33,000 bases of DNA from Octopus sinensis (lineage: Eukaryota). Each line of letters begins with the position of its first letter. Position 1 is the stretch's first letter. Below, piece by piece: positions 10,166-24,215 of this stretch. The stretch spans positions 41,416,001 through 41,449,000 of the forward strand of contig NC_043001.1 in the NCBI RefSeq assembly GCF_006345805.1. Reading direction: 5' to 3'. The notes under the pieces are model-generated. The model was not told the origin of the DNA. It was given only the letters and a program-made list of their open reading frames with translations, and did not search any database. Made by a program: the position numbers and the translations under genes.

Positions 10166-12997
10166 CCACAGACATTAACACTTGCTGCAAAATCTTGAAC
10201 TGCATGAAACCACATGGAGTTGAAAACTGGAACTAAGCACTCTTCCGTGTTTAGCTCTTTTCAGAAAGAACTACCTATCAAAAGACTTCCTGTTTGCACT
10301 ATGTGTGCTTATTTTTTTATGTTTTATCAAGTAAATTTCTTTGGATGTTTTTCTCCCTTCAGCTTTCAAGCATAACGGTGGTTAGGATCTTGAGCAGTGA
10401 GTAAGAATTCAATGATTTATTTATAAATAATTTCATTAGAGAAAGAGAATTTGGACTTGGATAAGATAATTAGTGACATTTCAGTCATCTATAAACATCA
10501 GTGATCTAAGTGACATTTGGATTTATTAATTTTGAGCAAGAATGGAGTTATCATGTAGTTTATATTGCATTGATGCTTTTGGTAGTGACTTGGTAGAGAT
10601 TAAAAGACAAAAAAAATAAAACAATTTCACTGATATATTTTTAAATGTAAAGTCCCTGCATACTGGTGAGTTTATTGTGATATGAGCAGTGTAATTATTG
10701 TAGTAAGAGTAAATAACACCACTGTGTTAGACCTATAAAACTTTTGACTGGAGGAGATAAAGGAGTATCTTGGGATTCTTTTTTTAAAAGGAGACTAACT
10801 GGAGCAATAAATTCATTTCCAAGACAAGAAACTGGTGCCTAGGAATTGAAATCTTGTAAATATAGGTAAAAACCCCCATTCCTGTGTAATCAACTTAGCT
10901 TTTATTCAGTAAATCTTGGTAGGTGACAATGACTTGACAGCAAGTAAAATGCATGTTCCATCCCAATTTATGCAATAGTTATACTTTTATGAATTTATAC
11001 TGAACTAACTACATTTCATCAAAATCTCTAGTTTCTAACAGAATTGGGAGGTTTATATAGAGAAAGCACTACAAGACTTGGTATAGATTAAACAGGTTTT
11101 AAATAAAAACAAGCATAAACAAGAAAAATCACTGGTTAAAATTAATTCATGTTTGTTCCAGAAGTGTGGTTAATAAAATTACATGATAAATAAATAAACC
11201 AACATTTATTTATCCCATATATTCAGTCAATCTTTTTTTAACACATCAACTGAAATTCAGATATCCACTTTCATTTATTCTAGATTGTAAAACATGATAG
11301 TACATACCATTTCTATATCACAGAAAAGAGTCCTTAGAGTATATAAAATAACAACATTAAATTGGATAGCAATTTTTTGCTAACTGTTTGAACATGCACA
11401 AACATAAGTAAATAACAAAAGCTTAAAGAAATTTTTTTAACCTTTAGTGTTTCCATATGTAGTATACTGATTAATATTTGTTCCCATAAAAATCTCAGTT
11501 ACTTTTTAAGTATATAAAAATGTGTGTATGTGCATATTTACACATGTGTACATTTACTTTTCTACACACAATCATCTGATATTACAGTCAATGTTTGTCA
11601 TCTACCTAGTATGAGATACTACAATAACAGTGTTTCATGCCTATGCCAAGATCACATCTGATATCAATATAATCAAGAGATTGCCTATAATATATCACAT
11701 GTTGACAACAAATGTCACATACTGTACAATGGAGAAGTATATAGAAAATATATAAAAAAATTCAATGAAAAAAGGAAGACTTTCTTCCTATAAAATGTGC
11801 ATTTCTTTTTAATAAATTGTGCATTTCTTTTTATACAATGTGTGTGTTTTTTATAATACTGAAGTTAATTTTTATTTGATTAGGTGTTTTAGTGAGAAGT
11901 TCAAAGAAAATTTGATTCAATTTGCACTACTGATTTTTTTTAGACTTTTGAGAAAATAATTGTTAAAATATTGAGAACAATAATTAATGTCTGAAGAGAA
12001 AAATTAAATAAAATATTCCTGAAATTGTAATTTTCTTTTTCTTTAATTTGGTCTCAATATTTGCAGAAATACACAGGGAAAAAAGATAATGTTTAACTCA
12101 TTTATGTTAATAAGAAAAAGAAACAGAAGGGAAAACAAAAAGAAAAGAAATACATCCAAAATATATGGACTTGCAGACAGCAAAAGAATTGGCAGATATA
12201 CTAAGTATAGAGAGTGATTAAAAGATAGAGAGATAAACAGATACATGGATAAATGTATACATGTACATACATTCTTCTGATTTTATTTTGTAAATTTCTT
12301 AGTAATGGAAAAAAAGCCAGTTTCTAACCAAGAAACAAAGTCTTTTTCATTGGAATTTAGACAATAATTTGCGTATCAACATATGTATGCATGTATCTTT
12401 CAGCAAAACTGAATGATGAACAGTAATCTTTTAATATAGAGGAAAGGAGACATATAAGACAAACAGTAACAAGAAGATTGTGTTGTATTGTGGGTTATCT
12501 CCAACCACCAGCAAATCTTAAGCTGATGATCAGCACTTTCAAACTTTCTTGCTAACAAGAGGTAGGAAATAAAGTATGTTCTACTAGTTTGGGTTAAACT
12601 GATCAAATAATCATGTAAGTAGGTACAGATAGACAAGAGCAGCAAGATATATCTTGTAATCAGCATTTAAAATAAAGTTTTGTTAATACTTCTATGTTGT
12701 TGAAGATTTTGCCTTTGGATTTACTCAGAACATATTTGACAAAAAGGTGTAAATTTTTTCCAAACCTTTCTTAATTCTAAAGGTTTCATAATATTTTAGG
12801 TGTCCATTCATCTCCATCATGAGAAGCCATCATGGAAAAGGGAACAGGTATAGAAGTGGCTGCAGAAGTTTCTGGAGTTCTATTGCAATAAAGGTAATTT
12901 ATTGTGGCTATGTCAATAGAGGCTTTATAGACAGATCTGAGAAAGTCAGATTGAATATTAACAGATACTGAAATGAACCAATGAAGGAGACTTTACT

Positions 12998-13156
12998 CAG
13001 TAGTTCTCAATAAACAAAATATTTTAACAATTTTTTAAATGTTTAATTATAAAAATATAATAGAATTTTTTAAACAATGAATGGTTGGGGGGGGTCTATC
13101 TGAGTGAAATAGGAATCAAAGAGGCCCTTAAGGCAAAAAATGGTTGAGAACCACTG
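12998..13156. mobile_element. Short hAT-like MITE remnant
   Basis: Ends cagtagttctcaa / ttgagaaccactg form a 13-bp TIR with one mismatch. No intact 8-bp TSD seen. A lone identical right end is at 23217-23229. Confidence 0.5.
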
Positions 13157-13648
13157 CTCAAAATAGGCACACAAACTGCTAAAAATAACAGCCAAATCTC
13201 CTTCAAATAACATCTTACTCTCTTAAAATAGAAGAATGCCTTAAACAATGTAGTCCTACATATACAAACTTCCAGGAAAATTCCAGATGGAATACCTCAA
13301 AACCAGGACTGATCTGTGGTTAAACAACAGACATTTACAATATCAAGGATAAGTAATTGGCAGTGACACCTCTTGACAAGTTGTGCATATGTTACTAGCA
13401 AAGGCTAAGAAAGAATTTTTGTAATAAAAGCAAATTATTAGATAAAACATCTGTTATTTATAAATGGCAAGTATTAGTTTATTTTTGATTTTTTAAAAAA
13501 TCCAAATGTAAACTAATGTCAAGCAGGATTGTGAAAGACACACTACACTTTAATATATTTTCATTTGAATGATTACTTCCAATGCTTCAGGTTGCAAGCA
13601 GAAATATATAGGCAATATTATACGCATAATTCTATTGTCACTAAAATT

Positions 13649-13661
13649 GAGAGAGAGAAAA

Positions 13662-13693
<32 letters not shown>
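13649..13693. repeat. (GA)n microsatellite
   Basis: Direct reading. Confidence 0.95.
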
Positions 13694-13699
<6 letters not shown>

Positions 13700-15870
13700 A
13701 GGGTGTTTAAATATATATAAAAATCTTGTATAGCTAGCATTATAAATATTTAAACAATAAACCTCAGTTCAATTTCTAAGAACTTTTATGTGTCAGTGTG
13801 TGTATGTGGGTGGTGGTGTCAGAATGTATGTGCGTATATGCCAGTGTGTGTGACATGAATTGTTCATCAAGCTTTGGAATTTAGTCCTGGTTTCTATGAA
13901 AACAATAAGATTCTGATATCTAAAGGAAGGTAAGTGGATGGAAGAGTGATCATAAGGTATTTTGGTATTTTGTTTTTAAGTATTGCAAAAATCTTTTTCA
14001 ATCAATATCTTCAATTATCTAATATGATATTAGATTTTCAATAGTTTTGTTAGTGAAAGTGAAATAGCATTCATTGCCAGCTTTTGGTCGATAATCATAA
14101 ATATAGATCCAACTACAAAGAATGGTAAAAATCCAAATCTCCAGTCATACCCAGATTTCATATCAAATGCATGTTAATCATCATTTGTTTTATGTTTTTT
14201 GTTATTTTTCTATATTAGCATGAGTTGGACAGACAAATACAGCAACCTTCTAAACATCTTAATTCTATATACTGGTTGCAACCTAAGTTTTTTTTCTTTT
14301 TTCTCAATAATTTTATGAACTTCCTGTTCCCATAAAAAATAATAAAGCAGGATGGGTACTTTTACCATGACATCAACACTAGATAATTTGTCTAAATTTG
14401 AACTTGCTAGATATTTATAACATTGTCCAATTTAAAAAAAAAATCTGGTATCATCATATTTATGGTGCTAATTCAAAATATACTATCAGCTGTAGTTATG
14501 TAGATACAGTATACTCCTTTAAATACTTATGTATCTACTTGTGCCTGTAATTAGAGATCCCAGTTGCACTTTACACTTTGATGCCTCAAAAGTCAGACTT
14601 GTTAGATTTATTCAGAGCACTGCCTTCAAAAATAACATCTGATTTGCCTTATTAGCTCTAATTAATTAATGATCAGCAGTTCTGATACAAAAATAATATT
14701 AATGCAATTAATATATTATATTCAAATAAAGTACATACATATTACTGGATTCACTTTATCCTAGCACAAAATCTGAGAGTAAAGGCATTGAATAAAGAAG
14801 CTTTGGCTACACAGAAGATGTCTGTTCCTTATTATCATCATTTAATGTCCACTTTTTATGTTGGCATGGATTGAGCCATATATGGAGAACTAATTATACA
14901 CTTGTATTAAGAAAAAATGAATTAGACACAGCACCAGTTATCTAGACTAAAAAAAATATATGTACAACATATCTATTGTAAGTGATATCTATTGGTGTAG
15001 ATGTTTTTCCTCCCAAAATAATGTATCCAATGCGTCCTTTTTTTTAAACACATTATCCATTGTGTCCTTTTTTTAAGCAGTATAATGTGGTTTGAGAGAG
15101 ATTTGACTGCCATTTGAAACAGGTAGAGTGCTTCATAGAGGTTTTGTTATTGGCCTGAAACTGCAGAGTTTTATCCAAAATAAATTCAATGTAAACTTAA
15201 CCCTTTAGAATTTAGTTTACTGTTAAATGTGATGCTTATTCATTCACACGGTTTTGAATTCAATCATACATTACCACATAGCTTTGAGATTTCAATGATA
15301 TGATTGTATATTTTTAGAATGATATTGTAGGTGGCTGTGAGAGGACAGATCTGGGCAGTTTTACAAAAAAAAGAAAAAAAACTACCACTTTACTTGTTTC
15401 ATTATAAAGAATGAGATGGAAGATAAAGAGTCAAAGACAGAGAAAAAAAAATAAAGCAAGTCATCAGCAGAAAGTTTGATCACTAGTTTCACTGCTTCAA
15501 ATTTAGCATTTCCAACCTTAAAATTTACATTTTTCTAGGAAATAGAATTGAAAAAAAAGAAGAGGAATTGATATCCTAACTTTAAACAACAAACAAACAC
15601 AATTATGTCAATATTTCATGTTACAAAATCAAACCACTAAGAGAAAAAACAACAACATTACACTAAAACAAATTTAAAAAAACAAAATTACTTAAAATAA
15701 ATCATTTCAACAAACAAGAAATAATTTAAGAAACCCTGCTGAGGTCAAGCACTGACATGTAAGAGCACTGAAGTTAAAGGAAATATACAAATTTAGACCG
15801 TCTTTAAATTCTATAGAAACATCAAATCATACAAATGTGTAAACAGTGAGTCATACATACACACATGTTC

Positions 15871-15874
<4 letters not shown>

Positions 15875-15920
<46 letters not shown>

Positions 15921-15986
15921 TGTGTGTGTGTGTGTGTGTTGTGTGTGTGTGTGTATGTATATATATATATATGTGTGTGTGTGTAT
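15875..15986. repeat. (TG)n/(TA)n microsatellite
   Basis: Direct reading. Confidence 0.95.
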
Positions 15987-16689
15987 ATAGGCATATTCTC
16001 ATAGTATAAAATACATTATCAAGTGTAACCAGTCAGAGTGAAAAGAAAATCATTCTGAAACCAATGAGCAAAAAGATACTGGTGCTGAATTGTGTTTATT
16101 CTGTGTTTGCTGTTTTACAAACCGTCAGGATGTAAAGAAAGAATTAGTGATGTGAAGAGAGCAATGGAAATAGTGTGTTACCATATAGAAAATATCAACA
16201 AACTGTTCTACAAGAGTCCAATCAATACAAGTTCAACAGGGGAGCCAAGTTGTTTGACAAATCAGCCAAATGGTAGAGATTACTTGGTTGTGTCAATAAA
16301 CAAAATAGTCTTAACTGAATTAAATGATAACTTCATGGGAATTCAATTAGATGAAACCAAATTCTAAATCATACAGCTAATATGATCTGATCAATGATAT
16401 GTGTGCAGAATAACCACTGAGAGAACAGCAGTTGTAATTCCGTAGACAAACTATATTAGGAAATGGAAATTTGGTCACAGCTGCCTATATGAAAACTTGT
16501 ACACAGCTATTAATGTTAAGCTACAAAACAACAGAAATACTCAACAGAACTTGACAAGAAATATAAAGCTACATAGAAGACAGTTTAGATTTAATCTCAA
16601 AGTTGAATTTTAGTGTATACAGAGAAATCTTTTTAGTTTGTTTTAGAATTTTGTACTCAAGTAAGTGAAAAGAAAGATTTCCAGTTTCG

Positions 16690-16965
16690 TGGGCTGACCA
16701 AAGCTTTATGAGTGGATTTGGTAAATGGAAACTGAAGAAGCCAGTTGTATGTGTGTGCGTGTCTGTCACCATCACTTGCTGATCAGTGTTGGTGTGGTCA
16801 CGTAATTTGGTGGTTTGGCACAAGAGATTGATAGAATAAGTACCAGGCTTAAAACAAAAAAAAAGAACAAAAAAACTACTGGAGTTGATTCATTCAATTA
16901 AAGATTCTTCAAGGTGGTGCCCCAGCATGACCGCAATCTAATGACTGAAACACATAAAAGAAAAG
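16690..16965 (+). mobile_element. 5'-truncated SINE (family A)
   Basis: Shares gaccaaagc..tgagtggatttggta..ggaaactgaa and gatagaataagtaccagg with 19511-19885, and ggtgccccagcatg..cgca...atgactgaaac with 22443-22651. Confidence 0.8.
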
Positions 16966-19510
16966 ATATACTGTAACCTCTCTATTATAGGTCTATATCA
17001 TTTAAGGCATTTATTGGTGACTGGGTACTTGGGCATGTGATGTCATTTGTGTTAATCCCATTGTCAAATATTCTTAGTTCAAATGTTCTACGTCTGATAA
17101 GGAATGCTTACTTTCTTTCCCAGTAGAACACCCACTTCCACCATCAATCTCCATAAAGCTTATCAGTGTACACTCCCTGACTGCTAAACTTTGTTGTAGT
17201 ATCATGGAATAGGTCTCATTTTCAGACTGCCTTTATCAGAATCCTTCCATCTATATATATAATGGCAGTAACCTTTATGCTCAATAGTCCAAGACTGTCA
17301 CCCTCAGGTATTAAACCATTCAAAGAAGCAAGGCCTCTCAGGCAGAGTAAACATGCTAATGCCACTTTCAACCTCCTGATAGCTAAATCATTCCCTGCAT
17401 ATATAGTCTCCTCACCATAGTAAAGCTATTCCTGTCATTTTCAGCTCCACAGTAGTTAAACCCCTGCCTGCATCATAACTGAATGACCTTTCAGCCACAG
17501 CGAAGATGTTCTTTAGATGTTGGATACGCAATCTGAGCCAGCTCATGATGAAGTTAACCTTAAACTACAACTGTTATTTCCTCCCCTGCAGAAGGTTAGT
17601 TGTGACCTCTGTCTATCTCTACCCACATATCTTCCTTTCAAGGAGAGTAGTAGCTCTAAATAGGAACTGCCACTGAGAAGCAGTGACTCTTTAACCCTTC
17701 TCATAGGAAAACTTCTCTAATGCTGATGATAGTATAAATGGTATCCACTGCATTCTGTAAAATGGTTGATGATGGCATCAAACAAAAAAAAAAAAACTGT
17801 TGTCTTATAAGTTACTCTCCTTGAAGGGCAGTAATTCCAAATAAGAACTGATATGGAGTACAGAGGACTCTTTAGTTTTACAGATAGCCTCTAGAGAGCC
17901 AGAGTACAACCCATTCAGCCCTCGCCAGCATGGAAAAGTGGATGTTAAAATGAAAAAGATAATTTGATAATCTAAAATTACAAGCATTCCTGAGTTTGCA
18001 TTAGGCATAAAAAATTAAAATATTTTGTTGTGTCTGGGGAGAGTCATTTTCTTTTTGTGCCTTATAATGTAACACACTCACCGGTAAAATTTCCACTTAT
18101 TTTCTTATTTTTATTTTCCTAAAATTTTTGTCTTGCAACCTTTTCAATAGTTTTGACTGTCCGTTATTTACACAGCATTCCATTTTCTATAATCTGTTAA
18201 TATCTATTATCTGTTAATTACAAAAGTACTGCAAAGCAAACCATTCCTTTCTACAAGTTACCAATGCTTTAGTTTAACCATCCAAATTTACTTGCTTTGG
18301 AATATTGCACCAATGTAAACTTCATACAATCAATTTATATTTCAATTAACAATCTAAAAATTGTACACTGAATGAAACTTCTCATCTTTAAACAGTACAA
18401 GAGGCACTTACACTCTTGGTCATTTGATTTCAGGATATACATATTATGAAATAGAAGGCCATTAATAGTTTTTCTTTTTCAGATGTAGTAAATTAATTTT
18501 TTTCTATGGAAAACATTTAACTGTAACACAAAGTGTTTGTTGGCTTTCTGCAAGAGGAAAAACAACAACCTAACCTTAATAAAAAAAAAAAATCATTTAT
18601 GAAATATAAGTAGGAAATGTTCATTTGATAGCTTAAACTGTCAATTTCAAATGTATACACCAGTGAGTAGTCAGCCTGTAGAATTTTGAGGCATGGTGAT
18701 AAAATAGTGTATCCTCACATCTTTCCATACAAGGTAAGTAAACAAGCTACAACTGAGAATTAAAGTCTACAAATCAGTTTCATGGAACACACATCCTAAT
18801 TTTCAGCACTTAAAAAAAGACTGTTTACCTTCTATAGTAAATCATCTTTGTCAAAGTTTAAAAAAATAGAAAACTTTAACTAATAGTGAACAATACTGTA
18901 ATGATTCATTTCTTTCCAATATTCTTTTTAATTACATTGACATTCATTTTCCTTGTTATCATATATTGTACAGTTTGAAAATTCCAATATTTGCATGGAT
19001 TACAGGAGTTTTATAACTGCGGTCTTTTTAACATCAAAAAAATAACTCGAGTGGAAGGATTTTGCCATTAATGATCAATAAAGTCCATCTAATAGTTACC
19101 ATAACTCTTTACCATCATCAGGGTTACTGTACAATTCTATAAGCATATGAAGTGCTGAACTTAATACTTACTATATGTTCTTAATCTGTAAACATATATG
19201 CTCATGAGTATCCACTCTATCCATAGAATGGATTGCCTCAGTCAATGCTTGATAAAATGAGGCAAGCTCTAACATACAGTGGAGACAGTGTGTAAGAGGA
19301 ACAAAAATAAAAGGAAACATAAAATATTAAGTCAAAATGTAGCTATTTTATCTATTTACATTATTAGATATATCACACAATACAGGTTTTAATTTTTATA
19401 GATACAGATAACATATGTAAACGCGTTTGCCAAGTTGTTTAAAATAGAGAAATTCTACTGAAAATTTGAACTTAATTCAAAATGTAAATAGGTGTGGCCG
19501 TGTGGATATA

Positions 19511-19885
19511 GACACAGGCATGGCTGTGTGGTAAGATGTTTGCTTCCAGACCACATAGTTCCAGATTCACTTCCACTGCATGCCACCACGGGCAAGTGTT
19601 TTCTAGTATAACCTCAGGCTAACCAAAAACCAAAACCTTGTGAGTGAATTTGGCAGACAGAAACTGAAAGAAGAATGGATGCATGTATGTATGTATGTAT
19701 GTATGTATTCATGTCTTTGTGTCTGTATTTGTCTCTGCCACACATGCACACACTGCTTGAGAACTGGTGTTGATGTATTTATGCCCCCTAAGTGATTCAG
19801 CAAAAGACACAGATAGAATAAGTACCAGGTTTAAAAACCTAAGTACTGGGGCTGATTCCTTTTTACTAAAATTCTTCAAGGACTT
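19511..19885 (+). mobile_element. tRNA-derived SINE (family A) with an internal (TGTA)n tract
   Basis: A-box-like tggctgtgtggtaag, decayed B-box-like ccagattcacttcc, and a body homologous to the 16690 and 22443 copies. Confidence 0.8.
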
Positions 19886-20064
19886 GAACAAGCAAAAGAT
19901 AACAGATAAAAATAACTGTCATTCTACAATTGTCAATTTTTATTTTATATCTAGCAAATGAATTATTACCCCCACTTCAACTAATTAACTCTCATTGCAA
20001 CATGATGGAAGGTCTACCTACCCTATTAACCTGTCTGCCTACAGTATCTATTGTGCATCCATTG

Positions 20065-20110
20065 CTCTCTATACCTGCACCTGCATATATGCAGGTGCAG
20101 GTATAGAGAG
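20065..20110. repeat. Perfect 46-bp palindrome with no spacer
   Basis: ctctctatacctgcacctgcatatatgcaggtgcaggtatagagag equals its own reverse complement. It extends by attgc/gcaat if a 1-nt bulge is allowed. Confidence 0.95.
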
Positions 20111-21356
20111 GCAATAAGCACTGAAGAATAAATTATCTCAGCTACTTGGGGTGGCTCTCTAGAAATAGTTGATAGTTTCAGTTACCTAACTGACCTAATA
20201 AGCAATACAGGTAGATGCTCAGAAAAGTATAAAAGCCAAAATAAGAACAGGTTGGAAAAAAAAGGTGAACCAGTGATTGGCCAGATGAAAATCTGTAACC
20301 AATGGTGCTGTTTTTCAGTAACAGTAAATCAAAATAAATTAAATAAGTTAGCTTAATGAAACATTTCTCATAGCTGTAATTTGTGGTATACTTGATGTAA
20401 TTAATCTAAGGAAAAGATTTTTTTCCACATGCATGCTTTTCACCTCTAACCACTCAACAATGAATTAAGAGAAGAACCGGTAGTCAGTCAGACAAGTAAT
20501 TGCTGTTTAAAATTCTAACTACATGAATGATCTAAATACCAGTTGAAGAGAGTTATAAATCTACCTAAAAGTCAATGGTAATGAAATTGATTCTACTCCA
20601 ATTAAACCAGTCTCCAGCAGGTGCATATATTCAGAATGCCCTACTGCTTCACCATGTTTTTTCTATTTCACATATTTTTGCACTATCTATAAACATACTA
20701 TAATGTCATTTACACATGTAGCATTTATTTTATAAAACAATGTTCCAATTTCCTTCATTTAGAACGGCCTACCCACGATATGCCACTAGCCTCTAAGCTT
20801 GTGTAAATTGTAAGAATACACTACCTGACTAAAATCAGTAAAGAAACATATATCTTGATTAACAAGTCACTCTTCACAAAATTTAACCCTTAAGTGAAAT
20901 ACATGTTTAACATTTTCAGCAGAAGTCCTGCAATCATACTATTTTTACCTAATAAATTCATAAAATTAATTTAAAACATTTCAAAAGATTTAAAATTTCA
21001 ATTGTTGTAAACACAGATCTATTTGATTAGCTAAGTTATGTTAATAACGTTGATTCAAGAAATTTAGCAGTAATACAGATATTTGTGTAGATAGGAAACC
21101 AGAAGTTGGTAGTCCATGCCTTGTCAATGCATTAGGATGGCTCAATGACTATAAATATATACTGTAAGGGTGTATAATCATTTTAACTAATGACTTGATA
21201 GGTTCCAACATCTAGGATGTAAAAAAAATTAACTGTAATAGACTGTATCCTATCCAAATGGAGAAGTGCCTTTCATCCATTTAATATTACTAGAAATAAG
21301 TATAACTAGACACATTTTTATTATTGTTAATTCAATGATTTAAGAGTGATACCAGA

Positions 21357-21456
21357 NNNNNNNNNNNNNNNNNNNNNNNNNNNNNNNNNNNNNNNNNNNN
21401 NNNNNNNNNNNNNNNNNNNNNNNNNNNNNNNNNNNNNNNNNNNNNNNNNNNNNNNN
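21357..21456. other. Assembly gap (100 N)
   Basis: Run of N. Confidence 1.
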
Positions 21457-21696
21457 TCGCTGGTCACAATGTCATTGTTTAGCCTTCAAATGACGCCACC
21501 CCGCTGCTAAGCGAGCAGGCCAACAGAAGAAAGAGTGAGAGAGAGTTGTGGCGAAAGAGTACAGCAGGAATCGCTACCACCCCCTGCCGGAGCCTCGTGG
21601 AGCTTTAGGTGTTTTCGCTCAATAAACACTCACAATGCCCGGTCTGGGAATCAAAACCACGACTCCGCTGCCCTAACCACTGGGCCATTGCGCCTC
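21457..21696 (-). mobile_element. tRNA-derived SINE (family B), truncated by the gap
   Basis: Minus strand begins gaggcgcaatggcccagtggttagggcagcgg (A-box-like), then gtggttttgattcccag (B-box-like). CpG-rich body. Confidence 0.75.
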
Positions 21697-21705
21697 ATAC
21701 ACATA

Positions 21706-22034
21706 TAAAACGGCACTCTGTCGGTTGCAACAACAAGAGTTCCACTTGATTGATCCGATCAATGGAACAGCCTGATTGTGAAATTAACATGCAGATGGAT
21801 GAGCAGGCCACAAACATGTGTACCCTTAACATAGTTCTCAGAGAGATTTAGCATGACACAGTGTGACAAGGCTGGGCCTTTGAAATACAGGTACTACTCA
21901 TTTTTGCCAGCTGAATGTACTGGAGCAACACAAAATAAAGTGTCTTGCTCAGGAACACAGTGCATTGCTGGGAATTGAACTCACGACTTTACGATTGTGA
22001 GCCAAATGCCCTAACCACTAAGCCATGTGCCTCC
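21706..22034 (-). mobile_element. tRNA-derived SINE (family C)
   Basis: Minus strand ggaggcacatggcttagtggttaggg (A box), gagttcaattcc (B box), then ctgtgttcctgagcaagacactttatttt, resembling CORE/V/Meta-type central domains. Confidence 0.8.
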
Positions 22035-22442
22035 ACTGTGTGTGTGTATATATTAGCTTAAAAGCCACACTGTGCAGACTTTTCAGCTAGTTCTCGCAGG
22101 TTAACTGGGCCAGCAGCCCAAAACTAAAGAGAGCAATAATAAAGCATTTATTGGTACCCTACCAATATGGTATTACTTTAAATTCAGTTTAAATGAAAAA
22201 CTAGTAAGTTCACAAATTTTTGGAGTTTTTTTTAAAATTTGAATTTTCAACTGTTATCATATAATAAATCCTCATCCAGACGTGATCCCAATGCTGGATG
22301 TTCAAGAACCAAATGAAGGGCAGATTTTCCATCTCAGGATCATCCTGATTCCAAAAAGGTATAATATGTCTATGTAGAGCAAATGTAGACTGAGATGCAA
22401 GGGTCCCAGACAGAAGGGCAGACAGAATTTCACTTTTATTAT

Positions 22443-22651
22443 TGTGTGTGTGTGTGTTTGTCCCCAAGTATTGACAACTGTTGTTGGCATGTTTACATTC
22501 CCATAACTTAGCAGTTTGGTAAAAGACCCCAATAGAATAAGTACCAGGCTTTAAAAAATCATTAAGTACTGGGGTTGATTAGTTTGATAAAAATTCCTCA
22601 AGGAGGTGCCCCAGCATGGCCGCAGTATAATGACTGAAACAAGTAAAAGAT
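22443..22651 (+). mobile_element. 3' half of a family A SINE
   Basis: (TG)n then tttgtcccc...aatagaataagtaccagg...aagtactggggttgat...ggtgccccagcatggccgcag..atgactgaaacaagtaaaaga. Confidence 0.8.
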
Positions 22652-23689
22652 ATTGAAAATACTAATTAAATTTATTTGAAATTGTATTAAGGGCCACATT
22701 GTCTTTTGTAAAAGAAGCACAGGCTTCACTATTTTCTGAAATGTGCAGGCCAAATCTATAGAATAGATGTATAAAGTTGAAGTATCTCGCATATAGTGGG
22801 AGGCAACTAGTGTTATGGGTTTGGTAATTAATATTATGCATTGTAAATATTCCTTAAGACCTGTGGTCTTTTATAGACAATCATTAGTTTTAGTTTGATG
22901 GTGTGAAGCGAATGTGAAATAAATTTCCACCAGAAGAAAACATGAATCTATCTCTGATTACCTGATACTCACTCTTAGCTAATAATGAATTAAGTGTACT
23001 ATTAACATACACAGTGGAATTGAATAACTCATAATTACTTGTAAGTATTCACTGAAGCTTGTGAGTTATAATTGATTAAGAGGAGTTAAAATGAGATCCC
23101 ATGAGAGTCTTCTGTCATATAGATAAGGCTCCAAAGAAACTAACTCCAACTAATTGCTATCCAAAAGGATTTTATAACCCCATATTTACATGCTATTATT
23201 GAGAGCTTTCTGTGCTTTGAGAACCACTGTTCCCCAAAAATAATTATTATACATATAGATATATATACATGTACATGCTTACACACACACACATTGTTAT
23301 GTGGGAGTATTTTGATTACATCATTTTATTATCAATACGTCTGAGACTTAAGAGAACACATTATCTGAAAATAGTAAAGAAACCAAATGAAATTTGACTC
23401 ATTACAACCTTGCTATAGTTAAGCCAGCTGATGATATTGATGACACATCTGCCATTGACTCAGTCTCTTCTAAGTTACCTCAGGCTTCTACTAACTAATA
23501 TTGACAAATGACCACTTCAACCTTAGTTCCCAACTCCACCATATCAAACATATCTGTCATCTACCACTAACAAATGAAATTAATAAGTAATAGAAATTTT
23601 TTAAATTTTTACATACAATATACTGTTAAGTAATTTTATAAAATATTTTTGATATAGTTATAGAAACAGAAGTTTGGTAACGAGAGAAT

Positions 23690-24215
23690 GTAATTCTTGA
23701 CATCAACAAAGCCTTCAACAGTGTTTTGGCATGCAACTCAACTATCAAAATTTCTCACCTATAATCTTCAACCATTTCTCATATCTTGGATCAGTATCTC
23801 CCTATCAAATCACACCAGTGTGACGTGTGCTTTTTCCCCATTCTCCATCAACTCTGGTGTTTCCCAAAGTTCAGTTTTGTCATCCACTCTCTCTCTCTCT
23901 TCTGTACATCAAGGACCTGCTTGCCACCATATTCAACAATGCCAACTCTTATGCAGATGAGACAACTCTTTATTACTCTCTGGACCTTCCCCAACCACAA
24001 ATCATCCACATGCAACCTAGATATCACATGCCAACCCTGCATTCATTGACAAAGACCTTGCGACCATGCCAATTTTGTCTCATTTTAACAGAAAGAAAAA
24101 ATACCACTCATACCAAGGCAACAACACTACATCACAACCCCTCTAAACATGAGCAGATAGAGCTTTTGTAGTCATCCCAAATGCCAGGCCTTACTAGTCA
24201 TCACCTACTATACAT
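23690..24215 (+). mobile_element. Decayed non-LTR reverse transcriptase fragment (CR1/L2/Jockey group)
   Basis: Frameshifted translation LDINKAFNSV-WHATQLSKFLTYNLQPFLISWIS...INSGVSQSSVLS..L..IKDLLATIFNNANSYADETTL matches the RT motifs LDxxKAFD.VWH, SGVPQGSVL and YADD. Confidence 0.85.

Noticed and set aside
9223-14398. Exact 19-bp repeat tagataatttgtctaaatt at 9223-9241 and 14380-14398
   Set aside because: AT-rich, no flanking homology and only two copies; near chance expectation or an old repeat remnant.
16092-16570. 91-aa ORF and a purine-rich stretch
   Set aside because: No recognisable domain and no convincing splice signals.
17170-17770. Slightly GC-richer block suggestive of an old LINE
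   Set aside because: No RT or endonuclease motif could be read in any frame.
19209-19235. Small hairpin resembling the 26470 hammerhead stem II
   Set aside because: No CTGANGA or GAAA core in the right positions.
22270-22352. Protein-like open frames on both strands and two short hairpins
   Set aside because: No recognised homology, only moderate splice signals, and stems of only 7 bp.
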